Assembly: GCF_009834535.1 (NCBI RefSeq)
Contig: NC_045696.1
Location: forward strand, 25,174,001-25,238,000
Direction: 5' to 3'
Origin: Camelus ferus
Taxonomy: Eukaryota
Length of the DNA: 64,000 nucleotides
Position numbers and translations under genes: made by a program. The notes beneath the pieces were generated by a model that worked only from the letters and a program-made list of their open reading frames with translations, had not been told where the DNA came from and did no database searches. Shown piece after piece: positions 63,100 through 64,000 of this stretch. How positions within the stretch are numbered: position 1 is the first letter of the stretch; every line of letters begins with the position of its first letter.

Positions 63100-63750
63100 T
63101 AGCCTTTTCCAATACTGCCTGTCAAGCCTCCCACTTTGCTCTTGTGAGTTCTCTTCTCCATCTCTTCTATAGCTATTTCAAACCTGTCACTCCCTCCCTT
63201 TCCCCCATCACCCTCAGTATATACCCCAGCCTTTTATTTCACAGAGAAAATAGATGATACTATGCTCAGCCACCATCTACCATATTGGCTAACCTACTTG
63301 TATCTCCACTAATTTATCTTCTTCACTACCTTTTGAAAGAAAAAACTACCCTTTATCTTTTACAAGCCTTCTTCAGAATCTTGTGTCATTGATTACTAAT
63401 TTCTCTCCAGATAATTTAACCTTCCTCTCTCCACTGGATTCATTCATTCATTCTTTTATTAATTTCATACATTTATTCAAAATTCATTTCTGGATTGAGC
63501 TCCAATGTAGCAGAAGAGGGTCCCTGCCCTTAGGCAGCTCACAACCCAGTGGGGATCCACTGAAATACAGTATCTACTGGATCCTTCCCATCAGCCTATA
63601 CACTTGCTTTATTCTCTTTTGCTTAAAAATAAAACAAATACAATCTACACATGAGCACTATGTTTCTCTTATTATGTCTTATCTCTTTTCTCCAATTCAA
63701 AGGTAAACTGTTACTAGTCTGTTAAATTTACATACTTCATTTTCTCATTT
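63100..63750 (+). mobile_element. L2 fragments
   Basis: cttttatttcacagagaaaataga; aacctacttgtatct; ctactggatccttcccatcagcctatacac. Confidence 0.55.
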
Positions 63751-63756
63751 CCCCAC

Positions 63757-64000
63757 TGTGATGTTTAATTTTATGTGTCAAATTGACTGGGCTAAGGGAT
63801 GCCCTGATAGTTGCTAAAACATTATTTCTGGGTCTATCTGTGAAGATGTTTCTGGAAGTGTTTTGCATTTGAATCTATAGATGGAGTCAGTCAATCCCTC
63901 ACCAGTGTAGGTGAGCATCATCCAATCTACTAAAAGCTTGAATAGAACAAAAAGGTAGAGAACGGGCAAATTTGCTCTCTGCCTGGAAATTCATCTTTTC
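63757..64000 (+). mobile_element. ERVL LTR (MLT2 family), runs off the window end
   Basis: tgtgatgtttaattttatgtgtcaaattgactgggctaagggatgccctgatagttgctaaaacattatttctgggt...gagcatcatccaatc...tgaatagaacaaaaagg. Confidence 0.9.

Noticed and set aside
17099..64000. Two same-orientation MLT2 LTRs as the ends of one provirus
   Set aside because: They are ~46 kb apart and visibly diverged from each other, and the interval has no gag/pol/env remnants. They are independent insertions.
1..64000. CRISPR arrays, operons or other prokaryotic systems; the remaining 60-130-aa ORFs as genes
   Set aside because: The sequence is mammalian and repeat-rich, with no regularly spaced repeat-spacer array. The short ORFs mostly overlap repeats, often use non-ATG starts, and show no recognisable homology.

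Overview
AT-rich, CpG-poor mammalian non-coding DNA (large intron or intergenic), most likely from a camelid. That inference rests on two tRNA-Ala-derived SINEs of the Vic-1 type and cetartiodactyl-type L1 3' UTRs. I recognise no host protein-coding exon, rRNA, functional tRNA or CRISPR array. The only recognisable protein sequence is the C-terminal ~352 aa of LINE-1 ORF2p, in a young 5'-truncated L1 (52244-53632, minus strand) with a perfect 16-bp target-site duplication. The rest is typical transposon fossil record: L2, MIR, old L1M, MaLR (MLT1), ERVL (MLT2, LTR33-like, MER54/73/74-like) and ERV1 solo LTRs, and Tigger/hAT MITEs, with a few repeat-free, motif-dense blocks in between. Most notable: a MER41-like solo LTR that retains a STAT/GAS motif, the intact young L1 with in-frame ORF2 shortenings, a multi-layer nested TE cluster at 40.1-41.85 kb, and several unverified candidate small exons. 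I did not find convincing evidence of a new biological system. Repeat family names come from recalled consensus motifs, not from a database search, and the boundaries of old repeats are approximate.
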